Source of the DNA: Phyllobates terribilis
Lineage: Eukaryota
Length of the DNA stretch: 64,000 bases
Direction: 5' to 3'
Assembly (NCBI RefSeq): GCF_046119375.1
Contig: NW_027362773.1
Span: 112,840,001 to 112,904,000 of the forward strand
Shown piece by piece: positions 35,901 through 48,445 of the stretch. The notes under the pieces were generated by a model. It ran no database searches, had not been told where the DNA came from, and saw only the letters and a program-made list of their open reading frames with translations. Position numbers and translations under genes: made by a program. Each line of letters starts with the position of its first letter. The first letter of the stretch is position 1.

Positions 35901-36002
35901 TTGCAATTTGATTTGAAATATTGCAGGATGATTCACTGGCTACTTTACCTGGAAAAATTGCTGTAACGTCTAAAAAAACATGGTATTGGAATTTTTACTG
36001 TA

Positions 36003-36554
36003 CATTCTTTGGTTCATGAGAAGTGAGAGTGGAATGAACGTCAGTGACAGCAACGAGAAACATCTTTGTGCCGAATAGTCTCACCGACTTGTTGGCCAAC
36101 AGGTCAACTCCACTACGCCTTTCTGCTCTTCGATAGTTTATGTGTGGTGCTTGCATTTCACTCTTGCCGAATTCCTTCTTCATTTGTTAATGTAGAGATA
36201 CAGTTTGGAGGAGCGTGTTTTTATTGTGAAAATTTATTGGAAAACTGAGTTTCTAAAGAAGTTTAGAGATCGAAATCCGCCATCATCGGTGGATAAGCTG
36301 GAACGTACAGGAACATTACTGGATAGGCATGATGGAGGACGTCTCCTTTGGGGTCATTTGAAAGGTTGGGTGTACAGTAACAAGCCATGAGCATTACAGG
36401 TATATTGAGAGAACATACAACAAGAAATTCAGGCTATGACCCCACACATCCTGCGGAATACATTCAACAATATGGAACGGCGTGTTCAGGATTTGAACGG
36501 TGAACATTTTCAACACCTGCTTTAGAACATCAGTTTCTCATGAACCAAGGTGTG
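36003..36554 (+). mobile_element. Internally deleted Tc1/mariner-superfamily element
   Basis: TA TSDs; TIR ca..cttggttcatgagaa; residual N-terminus (EERVFIVKIYWKT) fused to C-terminus (LWGHLKGWVYSNKP...NGEHFQHLL*). Confidence 0.75.
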
Positions 36555-36662
36555 TACAGTCCAAATTTCAGTACCATAGATTGTCTCTTTTAGAAGTTAC
36601 AGCAACTTTCCCAAGTAAAGTAGCGAGTGAATAACCCTGTATTATAAATGATTACCACCTAC

Positions 36663-36839
36663 CTGCTACAAACCAGATGAAGCTAATCATAATAATAAAA
36701 TATTCTGAAGCCATGAACAATTTCTCCAGCTGAGATCTTAGAAGCAATAATACAGCCGACACCAAATGGACAACTCCATTAATCAGAAGAAAGATGGGCA
36801 TGTACGGCCTGATCAGACAGTCATCTTTATGAATGGCTC
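36663..36839 (-). CDS. TMEM272: TMEM272-like gene B exon (TM2-TM3), 177 nt
   Basis: cag|GA..G|gtaggt, phase 1 to 1; GAIHKDDCLIRPYMPIFLLINGVVHL...FIWFVAG. Confidence 0.9.
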
Positions 36840-38654
36840 CTGTGGATAAGTAGGAATACAGATTAACAGTGCTACTATAATCAGAGTGAGCCACAAAATA
36901 GGGGAATCCAGTTGTTATCTGATCAGATTATTAACCTTATGTACTGGTTATATAAGATCAAAAGTCAGTATGAATGAGATTGATGCTGAAGGAGAGATTC
37001 ATTACTAGAAAGAGCTAAGTGCTACATTCCTGTGTCCATTCGGAGTTATTTCATACCAATAATATCTATCTCCTTCTTTGCCCGTGAGTTTCCCCAATTG
37101 ATCAGCTAATAGAAGTATTAACTAAAAGCTTTAACCCAGTATTTGAAAATTGTTTCAAGGTAGGACCAACACAAACTTGTGTTTTTAAACTTTACAAACT
37201 GATAAGGTGATAAATAGATAATAAAGATTACCTTTTTAATAATCACAGAACCTATAGTTAGGGCTTATTTGCCTTATGGCAAAATGACAGTAAATGAGCA
37301 AATAAAATTGAGAGGAACTGAATTCTAAAAAAAATCTGCATTCACCAAAATGCAGAATTTTTTTTGTAATTTGCTTCCGCGTGGATTCAGCAAAATGACG
37401 GTTGATGGCTATTATTTTTCTGAAATGTAAAAGGACATCAAAATATAAAAAAATATATATTTATATACTCACCTCTCCAGCCACTCTGCTCCTCACAATC
37501 ACCCGTCTGGTCCTTGCCGCATCTTCTGATTGCCACCGCTCATGCTGAATTCCCCGGAGGGTCCTGCATATGTGCACTAGGTCACGGCACACGCTATAAC
37601 ATCATGTTGTCGTGACCTTTTTTTGGACTTGTGCAAAACCCTTCCAAGCCTAATCAAAGGCAAAAGTCCCGGCCCAACATTAGAAGCCTGGGAATTTTAG
37701 TTCGAGCAGCGGTGGCCTAAGGAGGCGACAAGGACGGGACAGGTGGCGGTGAGGAGCGGTGGGCCCGAGAGGTAAGCGGTGAGATGAGTATAAGGATTTT
37801 TTTTCTTTTTAACATCTTATGGTTATTACTCTCTGTGGTCTGGATGGAACCCAGAGCATAATAACTCATAATTCTCTACAAATTAAATTTTTAGGGAAAA
37901 TCCATGCTAACTGGCGACTTCGAAGTTTACCTGACCCATTCATCTCTAATGGACAAGAAAGCTAAACATAACATATCCTACAAATTGCCATTAATGTGAC
38001 ATTATCTGGTGCATGGCCTGAAATGATTCTTGTTGAACTCCTGTGTTCCTTCTTGACTCTCTTTTCATCTATTTTAAAGTGGATTTTTTTTTTAAAAAAA
38101 GTCAAACTCATCATATGAGGATAAGATTTGAAATGCAGAATGAACCATTTTATCTTAAAGGGAATGTGTCATCAGAAAAAGACCTATTGTTTCTATATCA
38201 GATTACAAGTACTTTTTAAACATTTTTTGCATTTTGGTTTTTAAATATTCAAATCTTTATAAAAAAAAAAGTAAAAGTTAGTAGTCTTGCAATTTTTACT
38301 TTGGCCTCTGTGGCTATTTTTATACTTAAACTTCTTGTCCTTTCAAAGATAGTTCTCAGGAGGCTCGTTATCATCACAGGAAGGATTAGAATGATAAGTA
38401 ACACCTCTATACACAGCCAACAACACAGGATCTAGCTTTTATAATAAATTACATCACAGCTTATTCTGCTCCCTCTTACTGGTGATAGAGGAAATGTTAT
38501 AGCCAATATCACTGGGTGGAAAATGCTCTGTCCAGCCAGGTATACTAGTCTGGCTGCTAACTGTGGCGCCATCCAGTCAGGCAGAATGGGTGTGTGTGCT
38601 GTCCAACAGTCCAGCACGTGTGACCAGCTCCCTTCTGTGGCCTATAGAACAGTA

Positions 38655-39310
38655 CCACACCCTACTTAAACTCCCAGCATATTACTGGGAATTGCCAGTT
38701 ATTGCTTGAAATTTTCCTGGTTCACTGGTGTTACTCATGATGCTCTTTTCCTGATTCTGACTCGGCTTGTGATCCAAACAATGTTTGTTCTGTAATCCAT
38801 CCTGATTCTAGCCTCAGCTAACTTGACTTTGTTTTAACTGACCATACTTATACTCCCAGCATATTACTGAGAATTGACAGTTATTGCATGGAATTTTCCT
38901 GGTTCACTGGTGCTACTCTGATGCTCTTCCCTGATTCTGACTTGGCTTGTGATCCAAACCATATTTGTTCTGTAATCCCTCCTGACTCTGACCTTGGCTA
39001 TCCTGACTTTGTTTTAACTGATCACCTGGTATTTATTTCCCCAACTACAGTTTTGTTTCTTGGTTCTTTCCCTAGTTCTGTCCTCCAGTTTCTGACCCAG
39101 TTATTTAGGCTAGTTTTGTATTTTTGTCTCAGGCTCGCTCCTCCGACAAGCAGCCACTCTGTGGATACAACTCAGGGGCGCCGTAGTAAGTCCAGATCCC
39201 AACATAGGAGTTAAAGGGTGAAGGCCATGGTTCCTCTGGGATCTGCTAAATGGAGTGGCTTGAGCCAAGTCTGTCCGAGGTTGCCCTCTTAGGCAAACGG
39301 CTTCAAACAG
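38655..39310. mobile_element. LTR-like remnant with an internal tandem duplication of about 186 bp
   Basis: ccatact..actcccagcatattactg..gaattg..cagttattgc occurs twice about 186 bp apart; family not determined. Confidence 0.45.
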
Positions 39311-39802
39311 ACTTTAAACTCCCCCTCCCTTCACACTGAACTTTGTACATGTTTCATAAGTGTTCTGTATAAACACAGGACCTGAGTGAGTCAGTTTCTG
39401 CTAATGTTTGTGAACTTCCTGAAATAGGAAGTATTAATCTAGAATATTCTGGTGACCAGGGTGAAAGTTGTAAGATTTCTAATTTTTATTTCTCAAGAAA
39501 AAAACAGAAAAGAGACAAGAGCACATAGGGTAACTCTGCGTTAAATATGAATAGGGGGTGAAGAAGTGCTCATCTGATGGGGTTTGTGGCTTTCAAAACT
39601 CCAATAGTTCCACATTCTTAGAGAAATTCAAGTAGTTTTTTAGTGACGCATTTCAGGTTTGGACCAAACCCTTTTTGCAAAAACCAACTACATATTTGTA
39701 GTTTGTTTTGAAAAAGAGTCCGAACCTGAAACGCGTCAATACATTTTTATTTTTTGGCACAGTTTGTGATGGAATAAAAAAAAGCCAAATTTAAAAAATA
39801 TA

Positions 39803-41390
39803 CAGTACAGACCAAAAGTTTGGACACACCTTCTCATTTAAAGATTTTCTGTATTTTCATGACTATAAAAATTGTACATTTACACTGTAACACATCAAAA
39901 CTATGAATTAACACATGTGGAATTATATACTTAACAAAAAAGTGTGAAACAACTGAAAATATGTCTCATATTCTTGCACACTCTTGGCATTCTCTTGATG
40001 AGCTTCAAGAGATAGTCACCGGAAATGGTCTTCCAACAATCTTGAAGGAGTTCCCAGAGATGCTTAGCACTTGTTGGCCCTTTTGCCTTCACTCTGCGGT
40101 CCAGTTCACCCCAAACCATCTCGATTGGGTTCAGGTCTGGTGACTGTGGAGGCCAGGTCATCTGGCGTAGCTCCCCATCACTCTCCTTCTTGGTCAAATA
40201 GCCCTTACACAGCCTGGAGGTGTGTTTGGGGTCAGTGTCCTGTTGAAAAATAAATGATGGTCCAACTAAACGCAAACCGGATGGAATAGCATGTCGCTGC
40301 AAGATGCTGTGATAGCCATGCTGGTTCAGTATGCCTTCAATTTTGAATAAATCCCCAACAGTGTCACCAGCAAAGCACCCCCACACCATCACACCTCCTC
40401 CTCCATGCTTCACGGTGCGAACCAGGCATGTAGAGTCCATCCATTCACCTTTTCTGCGTCGCACAAAGACATGGTGGTTGGAACCAAAGATCTCAAATTT
40501 GGACTCATCAGACCAAAGCACAGATTTCCACTGGTCTAATGTCCATTCCTTGTGTTCTTTAGCCCAAACAAGTCTCTTCTGCTTGTTGCCTGTCCTTAGC
40601 AGTGGTTTCCTAGCAGCTATTTTACCATGAAGGCCTGCTGCACAAAGTCTCCTCTTAACAGTTGTTGAAGAGATGTGTCTGCTGCTAGAACTCTTGTGGC
40701 ATTGACCTGGTCTCTAATCTGAGCTGCTGTTAACCTGCGATTTCTGAGGCTGGTGACTCGGATAAACTTATCCTCAGAAGCAGAGGTGACTCTTGGTCTT
40801 CCTTTCCTGGGGCGGTCCTCATGTGAGCCAGTTTCTTTGTAGCGCTTGATGGTTTTTGCAACTGCACTTGGGGACACATTCAAAGTTTGCCCAATTTTTC
40901 GGACTGACTGATCTTCATTTCTCAAAGTAATGATGGCCACTCGTTTTTCTTTACTTAGCTGCTTTTTTCTTGCCATAATACAAATTCTAACAGTCTATTC
41001 AGTAGGACTATCAGCTGTGTATCCACCTGACTTCTGCACAACACAACTGATGGTCCCAACCCCATTTATAAGGCAAGAAATCCCACTTATTAAACCTGCC
41101 AGGGCACACCTGTGAAGTGAAAACCATTTCCGGTGACTACCTCTTGAAGCTCATCAAGAGAATGCCAAGAGTGTGCAAAGCAGTCATCAAAGCAAAAGGT
41201 GGCTACTTTGAAGAACCTAGAATATAAGACATATTTTCAGTTGTTTCACACTTTTTTGTTAAGTATATAATTCCACATGTGTTAATTCATAGTTTTGATG
41301 TCTTCAGTGTGAATCTACAATTTTCAAAGTTATGAAAATACAGAAAAATCTTTAAATGAGAAGGTGTGTCCAAACTTTTGGTCTGTACTG
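39803..41390 (-). mobile_element. Tc1-family transposon, DD38E (Intruder-like), 1588 bp
   Basis: TA TSDs; TIR cagtacagaccaaaagtttggacacacc; right TIR about 268 bp, left TIR 227 bp owing to a 41-bp deletion. Confidence 0.93.
39931..40976 (-). pseudogene. Frameshifted DD38E transposase
   Basis: MARKKQLSKEKR (HTH), LWSDESKF, FQQDTDPKH and SPDLNPIE with 38 residues between D and E; frameshift near 40680; C-terminus deleted. Confidence 0.9.
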
Positions 41391-41542
41391 TATATATATA
41401 CAACACAAAAACCTTTTGTCATTTTCGATGATATATTCCGTTTAACTGGAGTACCAGCTTTCAGATAACTCATGAATTCACCATTAATCACTGATTGTCA
41501 TACATGATAAGTAACAAAAAAGATAATGAAATTATCACTTAC

Positions 41543-41602
41543 CCATTACAATCATAGCTATGCCTAATCCAAACCAGACAATTAACAGAGATATTTCGGC
41601 AA
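41543..41602 (-). CDS. TMEM272: TMEM272-like gene B exon (TM1), 60 nt
   Basis: tttcag|..|gtaagt, phase 1 to 1; FAEISLLIVWFGLGIAMIVMG. Confidence 0.85.
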
Positions 41603-43036
41603 CTGAAATTTGAAGAGATTTTAAGTAGTTGACTTTTGGTTAAAAAAAAATCTAAATAAATAATTTTTAGAACCTTTACAGGATTAATGTGTTTGAGGCT
41701 ACATTTTCATGATGAGTTTCTGGTGAGCTTTTTATACTGCATATTTTTGAAAAAATGCAAGAATCTATTTTACTTAATGGATGCAGAAATGGTGCAGAAA
41801 ATCTGCAACATCGAAAACTCACCAAAAGCTCATCATGGGAACGTAGCCTTACTCACCACTGTAAAAATAATAAAATGTGCTGAACATATTGCTAACACTG
41901 CTTAGCCCATTAATTGGCTGCAGTCAATCAATCAATTGTATGGCAGTCAGATGAATTTGAAGCTTAGGCTTTTTATCCTTTTAAATCTGCCGCACTATAC
42001 AACCGTCTGTGAAGGATGGCACCAAAGAGATCACGCGGAATCCCACCGCGGCCACCACATGTGAAGGATCCGCACCTCGCCACCCTGCCTGACGTCACTA
42101 TTACATCAGAAGGATCACGTGATACGGTCTCCCCACTTGCACCAATGTGCTGTTCCATCCCATCTAGGGGCACGTAAGGTCAGCTTGGCACAGCTTTACA
42201 CAGACACCCCTTGTCCATACGGGCCCAGGGAGGCACTGCACAGAAAATCACGGAATACACTAGCCTGTGATCTACTGTGACGGTGAGTCACGGAGACTTT
42301 CTCCCATAGCAGGGAGGATCGTGGAGGGAGTTTAAGGCGTAGGCGCGAGATTACAGCGCCACAATTGCACGTCACAGGACACTGTGATATGCAGGGGAGG
42401 TGGGTATTATTATAATGAAGAGAGGAGGTGGGGATTCTTTCCGTGCCTGGGGCATGGAAGGAATTATTAACCTAAAGATATAAGATTTCACCGCAACAAG
42501 ACCATTAATATGAGGTATACAGGTAGGACTAGATTAACATTTCTATCACCTGTATGCCCAATAGGTTATATACAGTACTTCCCAGGGGGTGACAGATTCC
42601 CTTTAAAGGACAGTCCTAAGGAGGCGGTTCTGGTGCCATCGGATCACGCCGGGTCCCTGCTACGTGTTAAGACCAAACACAGCTTTGCTATCTTTTTCCT
42701 ACTAGCTATTCTACATATCTCCCCACCCTGTGACACCAGAACGGATCGAGGCCCTGGAAAGTGTTTGGTCCGGTCTGGGGATCTCGGAAATATACACGAT
42801 GTACAGCTAGGATGTATAGTATCTCCATATTCTCCTTATGAAATCCTAGCTATCTGAACAAGGCAGACTGCATGATATCCACATGGTAAGCAAGTGTTTG
42901 TCCTGCTCTGAGCAGGTCAAGGTGTGAGATCTGTCACCACAGCCTTTTGACTCTTGACCCCCCCATGCTGCTGCTAGATGTTCTGTACAGCCACAGGCTG
43001 AAGAGAGTTTTATGATCCCATGCCAAATAGGATACA

Positions 43037-43210
43037 AATTATTATTATTATTATTATTATTATAGCGCCATTTATTCCATGGCACTTTACATGTGAAGAA
43101 GGGGTATAATACAAGAACAATTACAATAATCTTGAACACAATGTGACGGCGACGGGTACAAGAGGAGCGAGGACCCTGCCAGCGAGGGCTCACAGTCTAC
43201 AAGGGGTGGG
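43037..43210 (-). mobile_element. L2-type LINE/SINE 3' end with (AAT)n tail
   Basis: cttgtagactgtgagccctcg...tggcgctataataataat on the minus strand. Confidence 0.75.
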
Positions 43211-43619
43211 TGATCATGGAGATATAATTCCATATCAAATATTCTTCACACCGTCTATTCACATACTATTGTGAATTTTGTACTTTGTGTATCTCAGTAC
43301 TATTTTGCCTTTTCCATGTATATATCATTACTTATTAATAACTTTTGTGATCTTACATTACTTTATGCCATATGGCAATCAGATTTCTTTATTGCACTTG
43401 CACTTTACCCTTTTGTAATAATGTCCATACAATTCTAATATTACTTTATGCCTTTCTGTTTACTCTTTATTCATATTTATTATCAACGACTATGGCTCTG
43501 TTTTTAATTACAAAAGTACAAAGTTCGCCAGCTCCGTAGATTGCCTGTGAAAATCATCGGCACAGAAAGTTAAAACCCCTGCTCGACTTGAGATGCCGAC
43601 AAAGCAAATGAAGGTATCC

Positions 43620-44020
43620 AGCCATTTGGATATAAAACTTCTCCAATTTATTGGTTCAGCTTAAAAGGTTCTAAGTAAGTAAAAAATATTGCATCAAGGC
43701 AAAATATGACGCGTTTTGTACATAGAACTGTCTTTAGTCATTTCCATGACATAAAATTTCTCCAATTTATTGGTACTGTTCCAGGTACTGTATGTGAAAA
43801 ATATTGCATCAAGGCAAAATACGACGCAATTCGGATATAGAACTGTCCTTAGTCATTTCCATGACTTATAAAACTTCTCCAAGTTATTCGGACAGCTAAA
43901 AAGGTTCCAGGTACATTAAAAATTTGCATCGTCGCAAAAAACAACATATTTTGGACATAGAACTGTCCTTAGTTATTTCCATGACTAAGGACAGTTCTAT
44001 GTCCAAAACGCGTCAGTTTT
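43620..44020. repeat. About 118-bp tandem repeat (3 copies) ending in a hairpin; carries decayed hammerhead-like motifs
   Basis: aaaacttctccaa.ttatt.g recurs near 43635, 43750 and 43870; ggacatagaactgtccttagt is inverted at about 43950-44005. Confidence 0.6.
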
Positions 44021-44261
44021 GCCTACATAACACTGATATTTAAGTAGGTTTAGAAAATAAAAAAAGTAACAGGAATGCTTCTTCAATAATGCTGTTAGCA
44101 TAATTTATTCTTTTAGCTCTAATATTAAGATGTCCAAAATATTATACTATGGTATTTAATATTAATATGTCCATTACTGATGTATACACTCATCTCTCCT
44201 TCTGATAATGGATACTACTAGTATATAATCCACTTAGCAAGCTCTGAATGCACACACTTAC

Positions 44262-44310
44262 ATAATCCACAGGAGAACGCCATATCAATGTGATAAAAGC
44301 CCTGTAGTAT
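44262..44310 (-). CDS. TMEM272: Probable TMEM272-like gene B exon, 49 nt
   Basis: T-rich acceptor ending in aag, donor gtaagt, phase 0 to 1; ILQGFYHIDMAFSCGL; keeps the frame into the TM1 exon. Confidence 0.7.
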
Positions 44311-44619
44311 CTTGTGCAAACAACATTGAGAAAAAAAAAACATATATTACTTTTCCAAATAAACAGGTAACATGCACTCGGTATAACATACATGTCACTA
44401 TATGATGTTGTTATTTACTAACTGAAGACATAAGAGTCAGCGATCATCACTGGTTATGTAATAAAATAATATTTTACATATAAAAAACACTTTATGGCAG
44501 TTTAGACTCCTAAATCAGTCCTTGTTCTCATTTCCAAAGATTTGTTAATGACCAAGGTCAAGCTAGTAATTTAACAATCAGATCAATCAAATCAATTTTC
44601 TTTTGTGTTATAGGATCTT

Positions 44620-45080
44620 GGGTGGATGGATGGATAGAAAGAAGGATGGATGGAAAGAAAGATGAATGGATGGATGGAAAGAAGGATGGATGAAGGAATG
44701 ATGGCTGTATGGAANNNNNNNNNNNNNNNNNNNNNNNNNNNNNNNNNNNNNNNNNNNNNNNNNNNNNNNNNNNNNNNNNNNNNNNNNNNNNNNNNNNNNN
44801 NNNNNNNNNNNNNNNNNNNNNNNNNNNNNNNNNNNNNNNNNNNNNNNNNNNNNNNNNNNNNNNNNNNNNNNNNNNNNNNNNNNNNGGAGGAAAGATGCAT
44901 GGATGGAAAGAAGGAAGGATGGATGGATGGAAAGAAGGATGGATGGATGGACAGATGGATGGATGAATGGAAAGAAGGATGGAAAGAAGGATGGAATAAG
45001 GATGCATGGATGGATGGATGGATGGAAAGAAGGATAGATGGATGGATGGAAAGAAGGATAGATTGATGGATGGAAAGAAG

Positions 45081-45140
<60 letters not shown>

Positions 45141-45145
45141 CAGGG
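44620..45145. repeat. (GGAT/GGAA/GATA)n microsatellite containing an assembly gap (N 44715-44885)
   Basis: Direct reading. Confidence 0.95.
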
Positions 45146-45173
45146 AAAAATAGATGGATACAGGGACAGATAG

Positions 45174-45586
45174 TGTGACAAAGTCACTGGCATGTTATGT
45201 GCTGAGAGGGTTAATCAGCCATTTTTATGGGCCAGTTTTTTGTGAACGACTATAGAGCGGGTGGGAGGTCGTTCACCATATCTCCACCCCAGGGTGTGGT
45301 CTTGGGTTTAAATACCCAGCCTGTAGAGGCATTCAGTGTTCAGTAAGTCTGGAGAGGCAAACTCCAGACATGTTTGTGTTGAGATGACCTGAACCATGTG
45401 GAGTTGCTAAACTCTGAGCAGGCGGACCCCTGCTAACACAAGGACTGTGTTTTGCCCAAAGGGCCGTGTTTATTTTTATGGACTCAATGTTGGTTTATGT
45501 TGCATTCTAATAAACCAACAAGAAATTTAAAGAGACAGTGTACCTGTGTCTACCTCCGTGTGCAGCTGAGTGAGCGATCTACCACA
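45174..45586 (+). mobile_element. Solo LTR (413 bp) inserted in a GATA microsatellite
   Basis: TGTG...CACA ends, 4-bp TSD ATAG, TTTAAATA and AATAAA inside. Confidence 0.75.
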
Positions 45587-45625
<39 letters not shown>

Positions 45626-45646
45626 CATACATACATACATACTCAC

Positions 45647-45710
45647 CTCTTCACTGTAGTAAACTAGGATGTGGTTTATATTCACATTTTCAGTTTCAAG
45701 TAAGAAAGTT
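45647..45710 (-). CDS. TMEM272: Probable TMEM272-like gene B exon, 64 nt
   Basis: ttttatttccttattcacag|..|gtgagt, phase 2 to 0; (R)TFLLETENVNINHILVYYSEE. Confidence 0.65.
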
Positions 45711-47208
45711 CTGTGAATAAGGAAATAAAACCAGAGTAATCATGTGACTGAGTGCTGTAAAAAAAAAAAAGTAGAAACCTGCTTGCTACCAATATTACAG
45801 ATTTGTCATGATGAATCATGGCTATAATAATCTTTACACATAATGTAATTGCTGCCCAAACTATATAGTAACCCACACAGCACAACCTTGTATCTCCAGG
45901 GGTAATGGATGACCCCCACCCCAGAAAGCTTTAACTGGAGGTAAAATATCACCAGGGGGTTCAGCAAAAAGATGATAATAATCCCTTTGCACTGTACATA
46001 TAGATACCTTTGCCATACAATGCTATATAAACATTGCCGTAATAATATGAAGCTAAAATATTCTCTTCATTCGCAAAGGTGAAGACCACTAGTTAGTAGG
46101 GGAACACACAGGGAATAGATTTAAAGAGATTGTCCACTACCCTGAATCAGTTACAGGTTTTGCCATAAATGCTTTAGAATAATGCCCCTAAAAAAAAGCA
46201 TAAAACTTTCTGCCAAGTTTCATGTTATTTTCTGCTTCTCTTCTTGTGTCCTGGCACCAGTTTTGCAGTCACAGCCGTCCCACCACTTCCTCTTCAGAAT
46301 CCTCTTACTACATTTCCCATCATTCCTTGTGCTGGGCTGCAAGCCAGCAGTGAGGACAGACCTGTAACTCCACCTACACCCCAGCCTCACCCTCTGCCTA
46401 GCACTATCTCCTGTACAGGACACTGCTGGGGATAGAAATAAGGCAGAAAGCACGAGAACACCAGCCTTGGCACTGAAGATTATCCCTTATTCCCCCTTAT
46501 TGAAATGGACAAATTGGATGGGGAGAGATCTGAATATATTCACATTTTAAAGGGAATACAGCAGGATGTATATACATTATACAGGGTATACAGCGATGTG
46601 TGTGCATGTATATAAACCCTGCTGTATACATACAGATACAAGGGAGAGCTGGGACTGCAGAGAGAGGCTGTTGCAGCATTCACAGAAACAGAATGGGGTC
46701 AGCTGAATGCAGCCCAAAGCAAAGTCACACCCACCTGTGATGTTAGCCCCACCCATGTTGTAAGCCCCACCCAACTGATCAACAAGCCCCTCCCATCCTT
46801 TCGTTTTCAGTGCCCGGTGAGGGAAAATCTGATGTAACATCACAGGAACCCAGAGATTGTGAGACCAGAAGAGCAGCTCAGGATACAGAAGGATTTGGCA
46901 AAGCAAAGTATTTCATAAAATGTTGCAGACGTTCTTGAAATGTTAACACATTTTCTAGGAGACCGACCACCGCTGCTGCCCAGCTCGTAAGCGCAGCACT
47001 GAAGCTGGCTGGGATTAGGAGCTAACAGTGCTTTCCAGTAATCGCAGCCAGCTTCAGAGCAGCGCTTACAAGCTTAATAGAAAAGAGCTTGTAAGAACTG
47101 CACATTTTGTTCGACAGTAGTGGTGGCCAGTCTCCTAACAAGCTATAAACAAAAGAAAAATGTTAATGTGACCAGCTCTGTTGCATTTAAGCTGCAGTGA
47201 AAACTCAC

Positions 47209-47249
47209 CTCTCCTGTACTGGTTCCTTGTCACTTTGACATTTCAACAT
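47209..47249 (-). CDS. TMEM272: Candidate first coding exon of TMEM272-like gene B (MLKCQSDKEPVQER)
   Basis: ATG with A at -3; donor AG|gtgagt in phase 2, matching the next exon; gives a 189-aa protein close to TMEM272 length. Confidence 0.45.
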
Positions 47250-48054
47250 ATTACTACTCAGTTTGATTGCTGTGTCCAGCTCTGCTACATTTAACTTACA
47301 TTGCAAACCCGGCTCTGCTGCATCAGTTGTTCATCCTTTTGATTATCATCATCTCTCTGATATTAACATGTTACTCTGCTTCCTTGTGGATTACAACTCT
47401 GCTACACTAGTTGCCATTGCTCCAAATCTGCTACATCGTTGCCATTGTTCCTTCTAGATCATCTTACTGCAACAAATCCTTTGTCCTTGCCGCCTGGTAC
47501 TGCTCATCCGAAAAAGGGCTTTGAGGATGCACCTCTCCAAATGAGACATATCTCAAACACTGTGCAAACTGACCTATGGTACTTTTATTTTTAGATCTGC
47601 AGTATGTCAATTTTTCGAGCAGGTGCACCATGTAATTGCATTCAATATGGAAGCGCCTATGCGTTTTTAGTATGTTTCCGCTGCAAAAACACAATATAAC
47701 ACATGTAATCCGCACAAGACAGTATCAATCAATTTTTGTCAAGGCTTAATACCAAGAAATAATAAAAAATGAGTAGTTTAATTGAATGCATGACATACCA
47801 TAAAGAGACAAAAACTGCAGCGTTAAAACCATGATAACGCAAGCAAAAAAAAAACCACACTCAAAAACACAATGAATAAAATGCAAGTAACCTAATTTAG
47901 CAAATAGGTGCTGAATATATGCAATATCAAAAACTTACCATGTGCACACTGAGGTTTTTTAGTAGTTTTTGGAGCAGGAACTGAAAGGAAACTTGAAATC
48001 CTCCTCCATATCTCAGAACTCATCAATAATTTTAAGTTTATGTTCCTCAGATCT

Positions 48055-48111
48055 CTCATACTTTGCACTGATGAGGGGCAATAGCCCGAAACATCATGTC
48101 TGCAAATTGAG
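48055..48111 (+). ncRNA. Type I hammerhead ribozyme, copy 1 (predicted cleavage after C48100)
   Basis: tttgca CTGATGA gggg-caata-gccc GAAA c-atcat-GTC tgcaaa: intact core, stem I 6 bp plus ctca/tgag extension, stem II, minimal palindromic stem III. Confidence 0.85.
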
Positions 48112-48384
48112 TTTCTGCTTTGGCTTTTATCCTAAGTCATATTGCAAGACTCATTAATGAGTTGATTGTGACTTGTAGGATCGCTGCTTCCAACAGGTGG
48201 CGCTATAGAGTACATGTCCTCTTCCTCTCTGAAGAGTCAATTTGCATATTTAATTTCCCTGAGGAGCATTGCACATTAAATAAACCCCTTTACATTGGTA
48301 TGTCAGGGTCGGTATGTAACTCTCCACACGGAGAGACCTTATCCCTTAGACCTCAGTCCAGAGCCTCATACCTAACCAAATCAG

Positions 48385-48445
48385 ATCTCATACTTTGCAC
48401 TGATGAGGGGCAATACCCTGAAACACCATGTCTGCAAATTGAGAT
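48385..48445 (+). ncRNA. Type I hammerhead ribozyme, copy 2 (predicted cleavage after C48432)
   Basis: tttgca CTGATGA gggg-caata-ccct GAAA c-accat-GTC tgcaaa; G10.1-U11.1 wobble; atctca/tgagat stem I extension. Confidence 0.8.

Noticed and set aside
44558-45193. ORFs spanning the N gap
   Set aside because: Microsatellite plus assembly gap.
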